From contig CM074818.1 in the NCBI GenBank assembly GCA_037447605.1, positions 1,128,617-1,192,616 on the forward strand: a stretch of 64,000 nt of DNA, in the 5' to 3' direction. The notes under the pieces are model-generated. The model was not told the origin of the DNA, made no database searches, and worked only from the letters and a program-made list of their open reading frames with translations. The position numbers and the translations under genes were made by a program. The stretch is from Zygnema circumcarinatum SAG 698-1b (lineage: Eukaryota; Plantae; Zygnematophyceae). Below are positions 13,301 to 26,725 of the stretch, in pieces. Each line of letters begins with the position of its first letter. Position 1 is the first letter of the stretch.

Positions 13301-15703
13301 CGATGAGCAGGACCAAGAGAATTTGTACAATCTAGTGCAGGTAAGAGGTTCCTTTTCATGCCGGGACAATGGTTTCCGATAGCCCTGCTGCTTTGCTTTT
13401 CAGGGAAGCACTGGCATTTTCGGTCCATTGGGAAACTCTTGAGTTCCCTAATCGGGACTGCACTGCATTGCAATCTTGTTGCAATGCATGTGGCAAGAAA
13501 TCCGTAAAGTTCACTTTCTGTAGGACTCTAGCCAGGCAGCACACATCGAAGGCTTGAGAGAGTTTCTTACACTCCTCGAGTTCATTACGTGTGCAACATC
13601 ATTTCGTGGTCTGACACTAATTCTTGCTGATGCTTCGATATTTTGCTTCAGTGAAGTTGTCAATACCTACATTTTTCATTGTTTATGCCAAACGATTGAA
13701 AGGATGTTTCTGCTGCACTTTTTAGCCAGGGAATCCATTCCTATTCAGCTAATGGGAAGCAGGTTTAGTTCATATGAAACTTTTTTTAAAAACGTTGTAT
13801 GTTGGACCCCCCAGGTGTTTCTTCCGCCTACAATACTGGACTGTCTTTTCGGTCGTTTGTAGTATAGGTGGCTGCTGATGCCAAAGGCCTGTAATGCTGT
13901 CAACAATCAAGTCTCCTATTGTCTCCTCTCCCCTTGTGCTTCCTTAGGTTTCTCACTGCTTGCACTCATCATAAGCATCGCATGGACCGCTTCGAGGATG
14001 TCCTTTGGCCTGCCTTGTAGTGAAAATTCGGATGCATGCCTTCGCCATGCAGGACAATGCAACGAGCGGTCGACGGGGCTTGGGAATTGGAGATGCGCCG
14101 AAGAAGGTTGCCGGTGCCAGGTGGCAAGGCTCAAAGGTCACTTTCGGCGATGTCTCTGACGAGGAGGGGGAGGCAGATGGGAAGGGAGAAGCCATGGAGT
14201 CTCCAGACTGTGTTGACCCCGCAAAAGGCATTGCAGAAGGTTCAGGATGTGGTGATGAAGATCTTAAGAAGCAGAAGAGCAAGAAAAAAAGGAAAGTTAA
14301 TGAAGGAAATGTTGAGGAGGGATTGAAGGGAAGTACAAGAGATGAGGACGGAAGTCTTATTATTTCTGAGACCGCCGATGTCCGAGAAGTTGGGAATGCG
14401 AGTGTTCAAGGAAAGAAAAAGAAGGTTTCCAAAAAGAAGATGATGGAGGAGGATGCTGGTCCTGAGATACGTGTGGCTGAGGACGTAGATAGGGGAAAAG
14501 AAACTGGTCAAATTAACGAAAGTTCTGTCGAGGTCGAACAAAATCAAAATTTACAGGGGAGAAAGAGGAAGTCTGCTGAGGGTTGTCAAGATAGTGCGGG
14601 TCACGAACACATAGCTGGTGAGGGCCCGAAATTAAATGGAAAGAAATCAAAGAAAGAGAAAGTGAAGGGTCAGCTAGCTATTGAGAAAGAAAAAAGAAGT
14701 TTAGGAAACGTTGAAACGAGGTCCGAGGGGATCGCACCTATTGAGGAGACTGATCGCTGTAATGCCAAGCCGAATGCAGGAGAGGAAGTATTGGATGGAG
14801 AGGAAGTAGGGAACAAAGGAAAGAAGAAGAAAAGGAAGGTTCAAACGTCCGGAGAAGAGAGCGGTGTGGTACTGCTAGGCCGGCCAACGAAGGAAGAGGA
14901 TAGTACAATTGAGATGGCGGTGAGAGGAGCGGCGAAAGGAGCAGAGAAAATAATAGATCATTCACCGAACATGAAGCTGAAGTGGAAAAAGCTGATTACT
15001 GCTTCCTTAAAGCAGGTAAGGTGACATCATGTGTATTCTTTATGCTTGTTGTGGATTTATTCAGCAGTAAACCTCGTCATCCGAAGGCAAGCTGCTTTCA
15101 GGCAGCTGCTCACTCTCTTTCCCTCTCCCCCACACTCTTCCCAATTATCTTATGTGCGGGGAGACTTGCAGCTGTAACTCTTTGAATATCAACGTCTTCT
15201 CAGATGGTTGATATTAGTTCTTTAAGATGGTGAGCGATGTACTTGGGGAATATGCCATTGGGAAGACTTGCTGTAGACAGTGAAAGCTGACAGGGCGGTG
15301 GAATTCAGGGCCCTGTGCAGGGCATGAAGCTGAAGAAGCTGCAGCTCGAGGTTCTTGCAGCAGCTGCTCTTCACTTGGGTTCCACACCCCCTGCGAAAGC
15401 TGAATTGGTCGCATCCTTTAGAGAAGCGGTGAGAATTTACATCCCTGTCGGTGGGTTTTTCGAACTTGATGTCCTCTGGGCGTTGGCTGTTTTCAGTTTT
15501 CGTGTTTGTGAAATTTCGTATTAGGTGTTGCCCCAATGGTGTTCGTTCCTACATATGCTTGAATGACAGTCGGAATGTCGACCCTCATAGAGCCCGAAGG
15601 TGGAGTGCTTTCTTTCCTGCTGCTGCAGCTGAATGCGGAGACGAGGTTCGTACTGGAGGGCCACCTTGTGCGGATGAAGACCAGGGGAGGAGCTGCTGAC
15701 TGA
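10314..15703 (+). CDS. GDP1: G-patch domain protein (GDP1/PINX1-like, ribosome biogenesis) with K/E-rich region and LYAR-like C-terminus
   Basis: Exons read MAAGG...[10 protein letters not shown]|[21 protein letters not shown] (G-patch), [24 protein letters not shown]|[47 protein letters not shown]|[39 protein letters not shown] and ...[19 protein letters not shown]. Motif order matches plant GDP1 as recalled. Confidence 0.85.
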
Positions 15704-16130
15704 AGCTGACTGAACTCGGCAATCGACCGACGTATTGTTGCCTTCTGTCAGTGCCCAATGGCTTTTGTGGCGCATCCGCATCCTGTCCTGCTTTCTGAAG
15801 GGGCAATAAGTGATCTTGCTTCAAGCAGGGAGGCAAGGTGTCTCTGCTTGGATGTCATCGGCCATCTAATTTACAAGGAAAGGGGGGAGAGGGGCGTTAC
15901 TCTCGCATTTGTAAATAATTTTCTCCCTATTTTGCAGAATATTATCTTTGTCATTCTTTCAGAGAAATAAAAGTTGAAAAGCTGCAGATTGCGAAAGTGC
16001 TTTTGCCCTCCCTCTCTCCCTCCTGCGGCCTTTTCGTTGTTCTGGTTTGTTTACTACGCATGCAGTCCCAGTGAGGCGCTGGGGGGGACTCGGCCTCCCT
16101 CCGCCACCCTGGAGGGTGGGTTCAAGGAAA

Positions 16131-16203
16131 GGGTTTTTAGGGTTTTAAGAAACCTAAAACCCCAAAACTCCAAAACCCTAAAAACCCTAAAAACCCTAAA
16201 AAC
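16131..16203. repeat. Telomere/telo-box-like (CCCTAAAAA)3 array with an inverted GGGTTTTTAGGGTTTT partner
   Basis: Perfect 9-mer units at 16176-16202; a reverse-complement copy at 16131-16146. Confidence 0.8.
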
Positions 16204-16666
16204 TAATGGCACCGTCGCGTGACTTATGACCAACACGTGTGGATACCCAGTCATCACCAATCCGCGCCATCCACGTACCCCGAACACCACCCCTTCCATC
16301 TGGCGAGATCGACGATCCTCGCTGTGCCACGTGGCACGTGCGCGTTCGTGCCGCATAATCGAATCGACTATGGGGGCGGTATTGCATCGTACCGTATCGT
16401 ATTGTTTCCTACGGCGTGTCCGTATAGCTCGGTGTCGTATCTGCGGTACGGGCCGGCGCGCGCGCCAGGCGGCGGCAGTTGGCGGTTGGCGCGCGGCAAC
16501 GGCCGCCGGCGGACGGTCAGTTGGCGCGCGGCCGCCCTCAAAGCGCGCCGCCGCCGAGAGAAGCGCTAGCACGCACGCAAGGGCGAGAGAGGGGGAGAGA
16601 GAGTGAGAGCGAGAGAGAGAGGGAGTGAGAGATTGAAGGAGAGAGAGAGTGAGAGTGGGAGGTGCC

Positions 16667-19241
16667 ATGGAGCTCGGGTGCGTGGCCATGGCAAGCTCTG
16701 CAGGTAAATAGGTCAGTCAGTGAGTGAGTGAAGGAGGGAGGGGGGGCGGCCGCACGCTGTGGTCGGCGGGAGCAGTTAAACGCACAGCAGCGTTGTCAAG
16801 TGTGATTGCGAGTTGCTTTTCCTAAGGGGATTCGGTGGAGGAGAGGGAGCTCCTCTCGCCCCTGCATGGTATAGGTTCTCCACTTGTAAACGCTTTCGAG
16901 ATGGAATTCAGTTTTAAAGCAGCAAGAATGCACAAAAAGTAGATGCGTCTAAGAAGAAAAAGCGCCGCATAATTTTTACATGTGAAATTGTATTCGCATT
17001 CAGAATCTACAAATTAAGAGATTCAGTGCATCCATGTTACATGCAAACTAAAGAATTTACTTTAGGGATGTACAAGCCACGCACTCCCATCGTCGTCATG
17101 CAAGCATCTCTGCAAAAATTCGAGGACGCACGCCATTCTGTTTTCAATGGCGCCCTCTATTATTTTTTCAGTATAAAATCTCCATATTTATGACCCCTCG
17201 CCGTGCACGAATATCTTCCAGCAGTTGTCTTCTATGTACTTATTAAATTTTTAAAATTTTCTAGCACCAAAACTCAGACAACATAAGCAGCTGATTCACT
17301 CGCATTCCTAGGCCTCGTCATTGCCCTAGAAACCAATGACATGCATGTACGGACGGTCATCGTATGTCCAACGTTTCGTGAATGCAGTGAGCCAGGCATA
17401 CTCTCTGCACTCATTTGAACAGTCAGTCAGTCAGTCAGTCAGTTAGTCAGTCAGTCAGTCAGTCAGTCAGTCCGTCTGCGACTATGAATGACCCTTTCAT
17501 GAAACTCGCTCGCTCGCCGCAGGAGGGCCCCAACGAGCCCCACGCATTGGCTTTTGCTTTCGGCGGCGGAGTCTCCAAATGCGCAGCGCATTGCCGCACA
17601 AACGTGACCCTCGTGAGCGAGCAGCATGGGAGCCCAAGAATCAAGCTGCAGCCCGCCATGGCGACGGAGCCCCCTCCGCTGCCAAACCATCTGAAGCAGA
17701 AGAGGGCGCTGAGGCTCGCCAGCCCACGGGGGGCAGTGCAGCAAGGCAGCCCCCACTCCCTCCCTCCTCCGCTGTACACTGCAGTGTCTGCAGCACGGGG
17801 GGGTCTGCACTCCATGGAAGTGCTTTCTGCCTTTCCCTGTCCGCAGTATTCCTCCAGCTCTTGTTCCGACCCTGCCCGGGACCGCATCATCTTCAACCAA
17901 GGAGGCAACAGCGGCCGCTTCTCATCCGGGTCCGACTATGACTGCAGTCTCATGAGTATCACTTCCTCCTCTAGCTCAAGCTCAAGCGCACCGAACAGCC
18001 GGAAAGCGAGTCCTCTGCGAGGGCACAATAGTGCAATTCCGGCTGTTCCTAAGCGGCTGCCATCGGCAGAAGAAGTGGAGCCCTATATTCGCAGCCGGCA
18101 GGCAGGAGAAGATGTGCCTATTGTTGTGAAGCATGTGCAGTCAGTGAGCACGGAGAGAGGATACAGTCCAAGGCGCCTTCCTGTACCTCCAGAGCACATT
18201 CACAGCCGCAGAGGCTGCCCTCCTCCTGCTCCTGGACGAAGCACTACCTTGCACCGCCAAAAGAATGAGAATTTGAGGTCTTCGAAAGAGATTTTCATTA
18301 AACAGGAATGCAAGCCCTCGCCCTTGAGCGTGATGCAGCAGAATGGCCAGGATGTAGCATCCAGCAGTCCTGGTAACCACGACCACTCGCAAACTAGCTT
18401 CCAAAGAGAGTGTCGTAGGTGTCTGGATAGAGAGATGGAAGAGAGAAAGAGTATTAACGCTCTGCACTTGCCTCGGGGCTTTGAAATTGTAGAACCACAG
18501 TCTGGATATGAGGGGGATGTGGTGATGAGAAGAAGCGAGAACGAAAACGGAGATGGCGGATTGAGTGCATTGGAGCTGGACCTCCGATTGAAGCGCGAAT
18601 CATTCATGGAGAGAAGGCGACCAGTTCAACCCGCAGTGCCCCTAGCCCCTCTTGTGAGCACTCTATGGAGTCCATCTCTGAGGGTAATCTGGAAATCGCT
18701 TAGGATTTGCATTTGACTTTCATTGGATAACTTTCATTTTCAAATGTGTTCCTTATAGCATCAGTTTGATATGTCATTTTGCATGTACAGAAAGTCCATA
18801 ACTCCTGGCAAGCTGCTGAGTGGCTCCGTGAATACGGCGATGCTTCCCTTCCCATGGCACCCCCGCCTCTGCAGCAACTCTCAAATTACTCGGCAACCTT
18901 TGAGCAGTCCCTCAGTGGTAGGACGGAGAGAAGCTTCCTCTCCCAGAAGGGGAGACACGGAGGCCTTGACAACAGCTGTACCTTCCCTGCGAGGGCTGGG
19001 CCGGCCTCTAAACATCAGTATCCACTGACTCCATTCACAACGGTAAACTTCAAAGGGCATAATCTACCTTTCGTGATGTCTGCGGTATTGAGGGAAAGTG
19101 CTGAATTACACAGTCGGAAACAAATCGTCTGTATACATATCAAGCTAAAGGTATCTCAACATTTTCGTTTGCTGTCTCTCTTTGCAGGGCCGAAGAAGGA
19201 GAGGGTTTGCAGTTTGGTTCAAAACCCTGTTCGCAAGATGA
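16667..19241 (+). CDS. Hypothetical, largely disordered S/P-rich protein (4 predicted exons)
   Basis: Short exon 1 (ATG 16667, GT donor at 16704), long open exon of about 17431-18683, phase-0 exon KVHNSWQAAEWLREYGDA..., and final exon GRRRRGFAVWFKTLFAR* (19188-19241). No family recognised; the start could instead be MNDPF near 17484. Confidence 0.6.
17420..17470 (+). repeat. (CAGT)n microsatellite at an intron acceptor
   Basis: About 12 CAGT units directly visible. Confidence 0.9.
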
Positions 19242-21076
19242 GATGTCATACTTTCAGATTGGGCGTCAAATTGTGACTCACATTTACATCGCAGATCACT
19301 AGTAGGATTAGGGAGAGACAACCTATATACGTCATTCTTTTGTTCCGCGGAGGCATTTCCTGTGCAGGATGCTCTTCACCTGCAGCAAGCAGGCTTACTA
19401 TAACCAAAATGGTCGCAGTGATCACTTGTAGATGGCCGTAGAAATATCTGCGGAAGAAAAGAAGAGTGGGCTGACAGTGTGCCCGGGCAGTGGAAGGTCT
19501 TCGCTGAGGTTAGGCCGAGATTAGGTTCTCAGCTGCAATTTAACGGGCACATGAGAAGAAGATGCCGTCTACGACGAGTAGCCTGTTGCGCCGACCTGCC
19601 GGTTGCCCAGCCTGCTTGGTGGTTACTGGAATGTGTAATTATCCCTGTTCATAATTGAATGCGTCATTTGTTTTCTCCTTGCCTGCGCCTGTGCGTCTGA
19701 AGGGCCTTAGGGGTAAAGCCGAGCAAAGCCTGCAGAGCGGCAGAGAGCGCACCGCCGGCAGCGTCGTGACCATGAGCCTTCTCCCGCCACTCACTCCGCC
19801 TCCCAAATGGGAGACCTCCCACACTAAACCCTAAAATCCCTGAAACATCTGAGAGTTCCCGGTAGCCCATCCGCCACATTCCCATTCGCATGCGCGCCAT
19901 GGCGTCCCGTCCCGTCCGTGATCATCCGCCGATCTGTCCACGGTCCGCCCCCGTCCGCCCGTCCGCAGTGCGACCTACATACATACATTTGTGCGACAGC
20001 CAGCGCCCGCCCATGCATGCATGTGCAGTCATTTCAGGCGCGATGATGCGAGGCATTGAGGAGAATTTGAGGCCTGTTTGGCGCCTGCCGCATTTCTGTG
20101 TGCACAGGGCAGCGCGCATGCGCACTCCCTCCCTCGCTCGCACTCCTCGAAAGGCGTGAGCGAGTCAACACTGAAGAGGCGCTTTGGCGCTTCACTCTGT
20201 GCCACGTCACAGACTCACAGTGCGACGAGGTAGGCAGGCAGGCAGGTAGGCAAACAGAGCCCCACAGCCAGGGCGATGAGCCTGCCAATGCCCACTCACT
20301 CACCGTCTGCAGTCTGGCCTGCCTGCCTGCCTATCCCCATCCATCAATCAGCCCGGCCGGGCTTGAATACAAGCAGAGACTGCTGCTGCTGGCCTCGACC
20401 CGGCAACCATACCTTCCGGAGTTGAGCTTTTCCAGAGTGACTTCATGCATGCATCCCGGCCATGCCCATGCCATGCCATGCCATGGCCATCCCCATCCCA
20501 TCCATCCATCCCCCGCCACCTAGGCGGGTGCCACCGAAGAGTGCTACGTGGCGTGACCGACAGGGCTTCCGCGCACCGTGGCGTTACGTGGCACGCTGCC
20601 ATTGGACCGCCTCCCGGCCGGCGAGGGTGCGGACCTGATCACTGCGTGCCCATTTTCGCGCTGTCCACGTTCTCAAGATTTCAACGAATGGGAGATCGCC
20701 ATGGCTTTTCAATGTGCTCTTAACGCCCCGCTGGCATGGCCGGTCGGGGCGGTCACCGGCGGTCCCCCTCCTGCGGCAATTGCTGCCCGTCTGCCGCGCC
20801 GACGCAACCGATTGGGCGGTTGCCGGTGGCTGACGCGGCGCGTTCTGACTGGCTCATTTTTAGCAGAATTAAAATCCTTTATGACGACCAGAGTCGAAAA
20901 TGCTATCCGTACGACGTACGGCTCGCGCTGGCCGCGCGCAATAATAATGCAAAGGGAGGGACCCCGCGGAGAGGGCAGGGGCTGCGGACGCTCGCTTGCT
21001 TCTGCTGCTGCTGCTTCTGCCTGCGCCGCGGAGGGAGAGGGAGAGGAAGAGGGAGAGGGAAAGGCGGCAGCCAGCC

Positions 21077-24000
21077 ATGGCGTCCAAGGAGGTGAGGCAT
21101 CCCCCGTCCCTCCATGTCTCGTCCTATCCCTTAGCGCAGCGGACTGCCCGGGAGTGCTTTGGGAGGACGAGGGAAGGGTCGAGGAAACGGCGGGTGCAGG
21201 AGGATGGATGGTTAGGGCAGGGATTAGGTCACGGCGTCCTTATGAGGCGTATTATTGATCACTTACGCACTTGAATCTCGATTTCACTGGTATACCGTTT
21301 TGGTGAGATTGAAGATGCTTGGGTAACCTATTCTTCGATTACTTAGCTGGCACAGCCAGCCGTGCTAGCGAGTCAGGCTCTTGGAACAAACGTCAGATCT
21401 AACACGTGCGAATCTCAGTCGTAGAGCGTAAAGGCTTCTCTTTGGAGAGAGCTTATGGCGGAACTGTTTGCTTCCAGCTAGCGGTCGGTTTATGGAGGAC
21501 ACTTATACTGCAGCTTTAGGGTAAAACAGAAGCACAGAGAAGAGAAGCAGTTTAGCTAGTCTTTGGCTTTACTCAGTGGTCTGCATGTCGATGTGTTCGA
21601 CTCATGCTTGGAAAGTCAGTTGTTTTGTCGATATTCTGCTCCCGACTGCTATTGTTGGTCCCTGCAAAGCAAGCAGCGGTCGCCCCCGAATGAGATGGTG
21701 AGGAATTAGCCGTGCAAGTGTTTTGAAAGCGTTGCCCTGCCCTGCTTCCAGCTGCGGCGAGGGCGAGCCCGCTCTGAGAAGGAGCGGCCTGCTCGTCATA
21801 TTTCCTTGGATGTACTTTAAGCTGCCGTCTTTCTCTATAGCAAAACCGTTGAGTTCATGATTTCTCTTGTTGAGGGGGCACCGCTAGGGGTAATCCAACT
21901 CACAAAAGTAAGAACTTGGCCCTCACGAAGACAAAAGTTGTCGGCCCGAGGAAGTCAAAGGCTCGCCTTTTCACCCCCCCTGAGCGGCTCAATCGGAGCC
22001 GTCCATTTACTTCATCTTACGGTAACAATTCAGGCGGCACCGTACGGATATTGAACCTTACTTGACATGAATCCGTACACCCATGTCATGTGACGTCAGT
22101 CACAATACGTCGTCTTCCGCGTCGTCGTTATCGCGTTCACACTGCCCTGCTGTGCCACGCGTGCCGACTGCCACGTGTTGGTCAAGCATTCAGGTGGTGT
22201 CGTGTCCGGCAGGCGTGAGTTCCACGCCACCCTTGACGCCTCGTTCCCCCCCCTCTCGGGCCCGCGCGCGCAGGGCCCCTCCCCGGACTACTACCAGGGG
22301 AAAAAGGCGCAGCCTCCACCGGGCCACCCCCCCCATCCTCCCCCTCCTGCTGCTGCCGCGTTTGGAATGTACGGGGGGCCGCCCCCCATGTATCAGCCAG
22401 CAGGGTCGTCGTCGCCGCAGAACGACGATAGGAAGGTGAACGCCCCGCGCCCTTCCACTGCTTTTGGGGTTGCTTTCTGTCGATGGTTTTAGGGTTCTGA
22501 AGTCTAAGTGAAGGATGACAGTGGGTGGTCAACAAAGGGGCGGTGGGCTTGTTGTGGGGACAGCTGGTGCCGCCCGGCCCTGGGTCCAGCGGTCAGAGGG
22601 AGCATGCCGGGGTTTATCACGATTCGTGGGCTGCGGCCGTTTTTATCCGTACGCTCTCAGCTTTCCCTTCATCATCACGCTTGCAGGCTTCTTCCCTTGG
22701 CATTACTGTTTTGTTTTTTGCCGAAGTAATGCTGCCTTTAGCTTTGCTCTCAAATGACTTCATTTTCTTCTGCGCCGCCATGGGACATATCCAGTGGCTT
22801 AATTTAAGGCAATCATTAGGGTCATGTCAGAAGACCTACTCCTATCTCCAGGAGCTCTAAGCTGGGCGCCAAAAAATGAGAGGACTGCTCTAGGATTGTT
22901 ACTCCTTTATTGGTTCTGCAGCACGCTTACTCACAATCAAATAGCTCTAGCGATGTTGTGGAACGTGATGGGGCTGCAGTACACTTAATCGCCATTCAAG
23001 CCGCTGCTATATATTTGGGCATCACGGGCGTAATAAAGACCGAAAATCAGGTGACTTCCACTTCGGCTACCAGCTATGCGATCACAGATTGGGCTCCCCA
23101 GCTGGGGGCCGCCATTGTCATTGGCTTGGTCTTCGCGTGGACGTTTCTTCAACTCGTCAAACTGGCACCTATGTGAGGCTGCGTGGACCCTTCCTCCCTT
23201 GTTTTTCTTTTGCATTTTTTTCCTTTTCCTTAACCTCTTTGGAGTCATTGGGCGAATACTTACATTCACTTTCAATGCATTTGTTTGGCAGTGGAATGAT
23301 CCATGTTTCCCTCTGGTGGGGAGTCTTCGCCTCTGCCGCCCTAGGGGGCTTTCTGCTCGCCACGGACGAGTCCTCTCGGTTCACGGGAATTGTCTTCCTT
23401 CTTCTCGCAGTCCTTAACGCGTTCTATGCCATTGCTGTGAGATCGCGGTGAGTCGAATCTCCACTCTGACCTTCTTTGACGGAAGATCAAACAACAGAGA
23501 CGTAAGAGCTGCTTCACTGATAAACGAACGTACTACCGCAAAACGAGCTATTGATGATGATGCCACCTATTCTTCATGTCATCGTCACCACATCTTTGCC
23601 ACAAGAGCTGCAAATGAAGTCTCCTCGGTGGCCCCACGTGTCAGGATTCCATTTGCGGGAGCCATGGTGAGCCAGGCTGTGGGAGTAATCCGGCTTTTCC
23701 CCTCTACTGTGTGGGTATCGTACTTAGCGCTGTTCCTCTCGCTGGAGGTTCTCACCGTGTGGTCTTTCGGCGTTTCCGGTACCCTCAGTCAGGTTAGTGC
23801 CGCCGGGCCAATGGCGCAGCAGATGGGGGGGAGGGAGGAGGGGGGGGGGGGGAGGGGGGGGCATCCTCTCTCATGGTTTCACAAGGCTGGTGACTGATCT
23901 TTGCACGAGAGAATCTTGCGGGAAGGAGCTGCAGAAATATAGTACGGCCATCATCATCGTCTTCCTCTTCAGCTTGTACTGGAGCATGGAGGTATGTAGA

Positions 24001-25498
24001 AAGGCAAAGGTTTTTTCTCGAGCATTAAGAGGCTGAGCACACAGTAAAAGCCTGAATGCGGTGTAACTGAAATAACTTCCACATGGCATTGCTGCAGCCA
24101 TGGACTGAGGCATGTTTAAGCAACCTCGAACCCCCATAGGAAAAAACCCATGACCCGTCTCCTTGATGCGGTTCTGCAGGTCATCCGCAACACCTCTCAC
24201 GTGACGACAGCTGGCACGGTGGCCACGTACTACTTCCAGCGGCAGAACATGCCCCCCAACCCCACGGGCCGCGCATTGGGCCGGGCCGTCACCACCTCCT
24301 TTGGGAGCATCTGCTTCGGCTCGCTCCTCGTCGCCCTCATCCACACCGTGCGAACCATTGTGAGCGGCCCCTAAAAACCCTAAAAAAAACCCTCCAAGGC
24401 AGTCGCTGGGAAGGAGATACTCGTGGAGGCTGCCTTGCTGGAGAATCCATTGTTTTCTTTCCTTCCTTCGCAGGCGGTATACTTGTCTTTGGTCTGCTGC
24501 AGGAGTCAGCAAGTGAATAGGCACAATGTAGAGCTTGTTTGGAAGGAAAGGTCGATGGATTTGCTTCTCAGCTATGTTCTCACGCAAACTGCTCGTGGGT
24601 GATGTTCGTTTGACAGGTGGCAAGCATCGCTAGGCAAGATGTGGACAATCCGGTGGCCGCGATCCTTGCTTCCTGTGCTGAATGTGTTTTGGCCTGCATA
24701 GAAGGCCTTCTCCGCTACTTCAACAAATGGGCCTATGTGCAAGTATGGCATCCACTCCTGTTCCACATTGCCATTCGTCCATTGCCGGAGTCAACCCCAG
24801 GGTCTCATGAAGCCGTTCCGCCTTGGGCGCTATTTTTTTAGCGCATCGTTTCATAACGGCAGGAATTCTACCACCTTGGATGAACTGCAGATATATTATC
24901 CTGCTTCCGTGTTGAAAGAGGTTTCTGACACCGACTGTGTTTCCCTTGCCCGGATGATGACAGGTGGCAATGTATGGGAAATCCTTCACGGAAGCAGCGC
25001 GAGACACGTGGGACCTGTTCAACGCGCAGGGCTTCCATCTCGTGATCAATGATGACATCATCATGGGCGTGCTCGCCCTCGGCTGCGTCGTTGGAGGTCT
25101 CGTGGCGGCCCTGGTCACAGGGGTGTGGACCTACTACTTCAGGGCAGACCAAGAGCTGGCAGTCGCCATAGCCCTCATCTCCTTCTGCATTGCGTACCTT
25201 ATGGTGAGACTCACAGACACCCCCCCTCCGTCGAGACTGTCCTGCATTGTCGTAAGCTTCTGGGTGGGTTTGACATAGAAAGAGGCAGCAGTTGCACTGA
25301 CTGTTCTCTTCTTTGGCCGAGTGATTGATTCACTGAGGGGGGCGGGCGGGGGAGCAGGCGTATCTGACCACGTCGGTGATCGAGAGCGCGGTGGCGACCT
25401 ACTATGTGTGCTATGCGGAGGACCCCGCCACGCTGCAGCGCAATGACCCGGCCTTCTATGAGACCATCCGGGCGAGGCACACGCTGCTCATGTCGTAG
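21077..25498 (+). CDS. Choline transporter-like (CTL/SLC44, PNS1-type) multi-pass membrane protein
   Basis: Proposed exon 1 is MASKE, then GPSPDYYQ...(P/Y-rich), several hydrophobic helices, IPFAGAMV, SLYWSME|VIRNTSHVTTAGTVATYYF, RAVTTSFGSICFGSLLVALI, LLRYFNKWAYVQ|VAMYGKSFTEAARDTWDLF, INDDII, and ESAVATYYVCYAEDP...S*. These are typical CTL/PNS1 motifs. Linkage of the MASKE exon is inferred. Confidence 0.88.
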
Positions 25499-25908
25499 AG
25501 AGCGGAGGGGGCCCAAAGGCTCGTGTACAGTTAGTTAGACTCGCTGCCCTCGCCTGTTGAATCCGACGTTTTGAGCTTATATTATTGCTTCACGACCGGA
25601 GTCTTGCTCCACTTCTCAGCTTAATTTCAGAGTTAGTTTCTCGATATTTTATTCTAGCATATTGCATTATGAGAGATGTACAGGCCGAGACCAAGAGGAT
25701 GTTTTTGCACAGAGGAGGAAAATTGAATTTTCGTTTAGTTAGGCACATCGCATCGAAGTAGTCATTTTTGTAGCCTTTGACGTTGGGAAGGCAGTTGTAT
25801 GGCCTGCCCTTAGTCCCATACCGCGTGTTGGCGGCGATCTCATGTGGGATTAGAGAAAAAGGGCTTTGAGTGCGCGTCTAGTTGAAGCGTGTCACCGTAC
25901 GGGAAAAT

Positions 25909-25998
25909 GGCATTGATCTCACGATGGCGAGGCCATCAAATGTACATGGACAAAAGCAGCATGGGGAACCACGAGGAACTGGTCGCAAAGGACCCAAA
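25909..25998 (+). repeat. Dispersed ~90-bp repeat, copy 1, containing hairpin GATGGC-GAG-GCCATC
   Basis: Near-identical reverse-strand copies at 56343-56426 and 61093-61167; copies of the 5' part only at 59792-59834 and 60910-60950. Confidence 0.8.
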
Positions 25999-26725
25999 CA
26001 CATAAGAATCACCGTTCGCCTGCTTGCCACTTTGCACATTTGCCTTTGTGTTCGGTTACAACATATACATAGATACATGCATGCATGCGAGGAACGTTTG
26101 ATAGTAGGGATGGCCGTAAAGTTTTTTTTTCTATTGAAGTTTAAATTAAAACGTGAGTTTTAAACTATGCGGTTTGAAACCAATAAGTTAAAACTTTATG
26201 GGTGACGTCACATCACGTCAGGATGGCGTCATATCGAGCCATGTCACATCACGTCAATGCCAACGGTTGCGGACAATGGCGAGAGGCGCCTGACCAGTGC
26301 GGCCTCTTATCGCAACTTATGCGGTCCGTACGATCATACCATACAGTAGACCCCCCCAATATTTTCGCCATGGTTTCGGCAAATATATTGGGCGAAAATA
26401 TTGGGTAGCGAAAATATAAGGGTGTCTGTGTTAGCAATAGGCGGGCGGTATTATGTTAGAGTTGCTGTTTGTCCGTATATATCGTATCGTTTCGTATCGA
26501 ACCTGAGGAGCGAGCGCCTCTTTCGGCGGCAAGTGCGGGAAGAGTCGGTTAGGCCGTAACGGCTAGTACAGCTAGTACGGCTAGTGGGGCTAGTACAGTA
26601 CGGCTAATACGGCTAGTACGGCCTGTAAGGCTAGTACAGTACGAATAATACGGCCAGTACGGCTAGTGCGGCTAACACAGACTTCCGTACAAAAAAGTGG
26701 TTTTGGCAAAATCAGGGCGAAAATA

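Noticed and set aside
25882-26163. Recurrent peptide NVHGQKQHGEPRGTGRKG in ORFs at 25882, 56271 and 60927
   Set aside because: It reflects the dispersed nucleotide repeat. The flanking peptides are unrelated and copy 3 has an internal deletion, so coding function is unsupported.
26557-26667. Short repeat array considered as CRISPR-like
   Set aside because: 9-bp degenerate tandem units without unique spacers, in a eukaryotic MITE, with no cas genes nearby.
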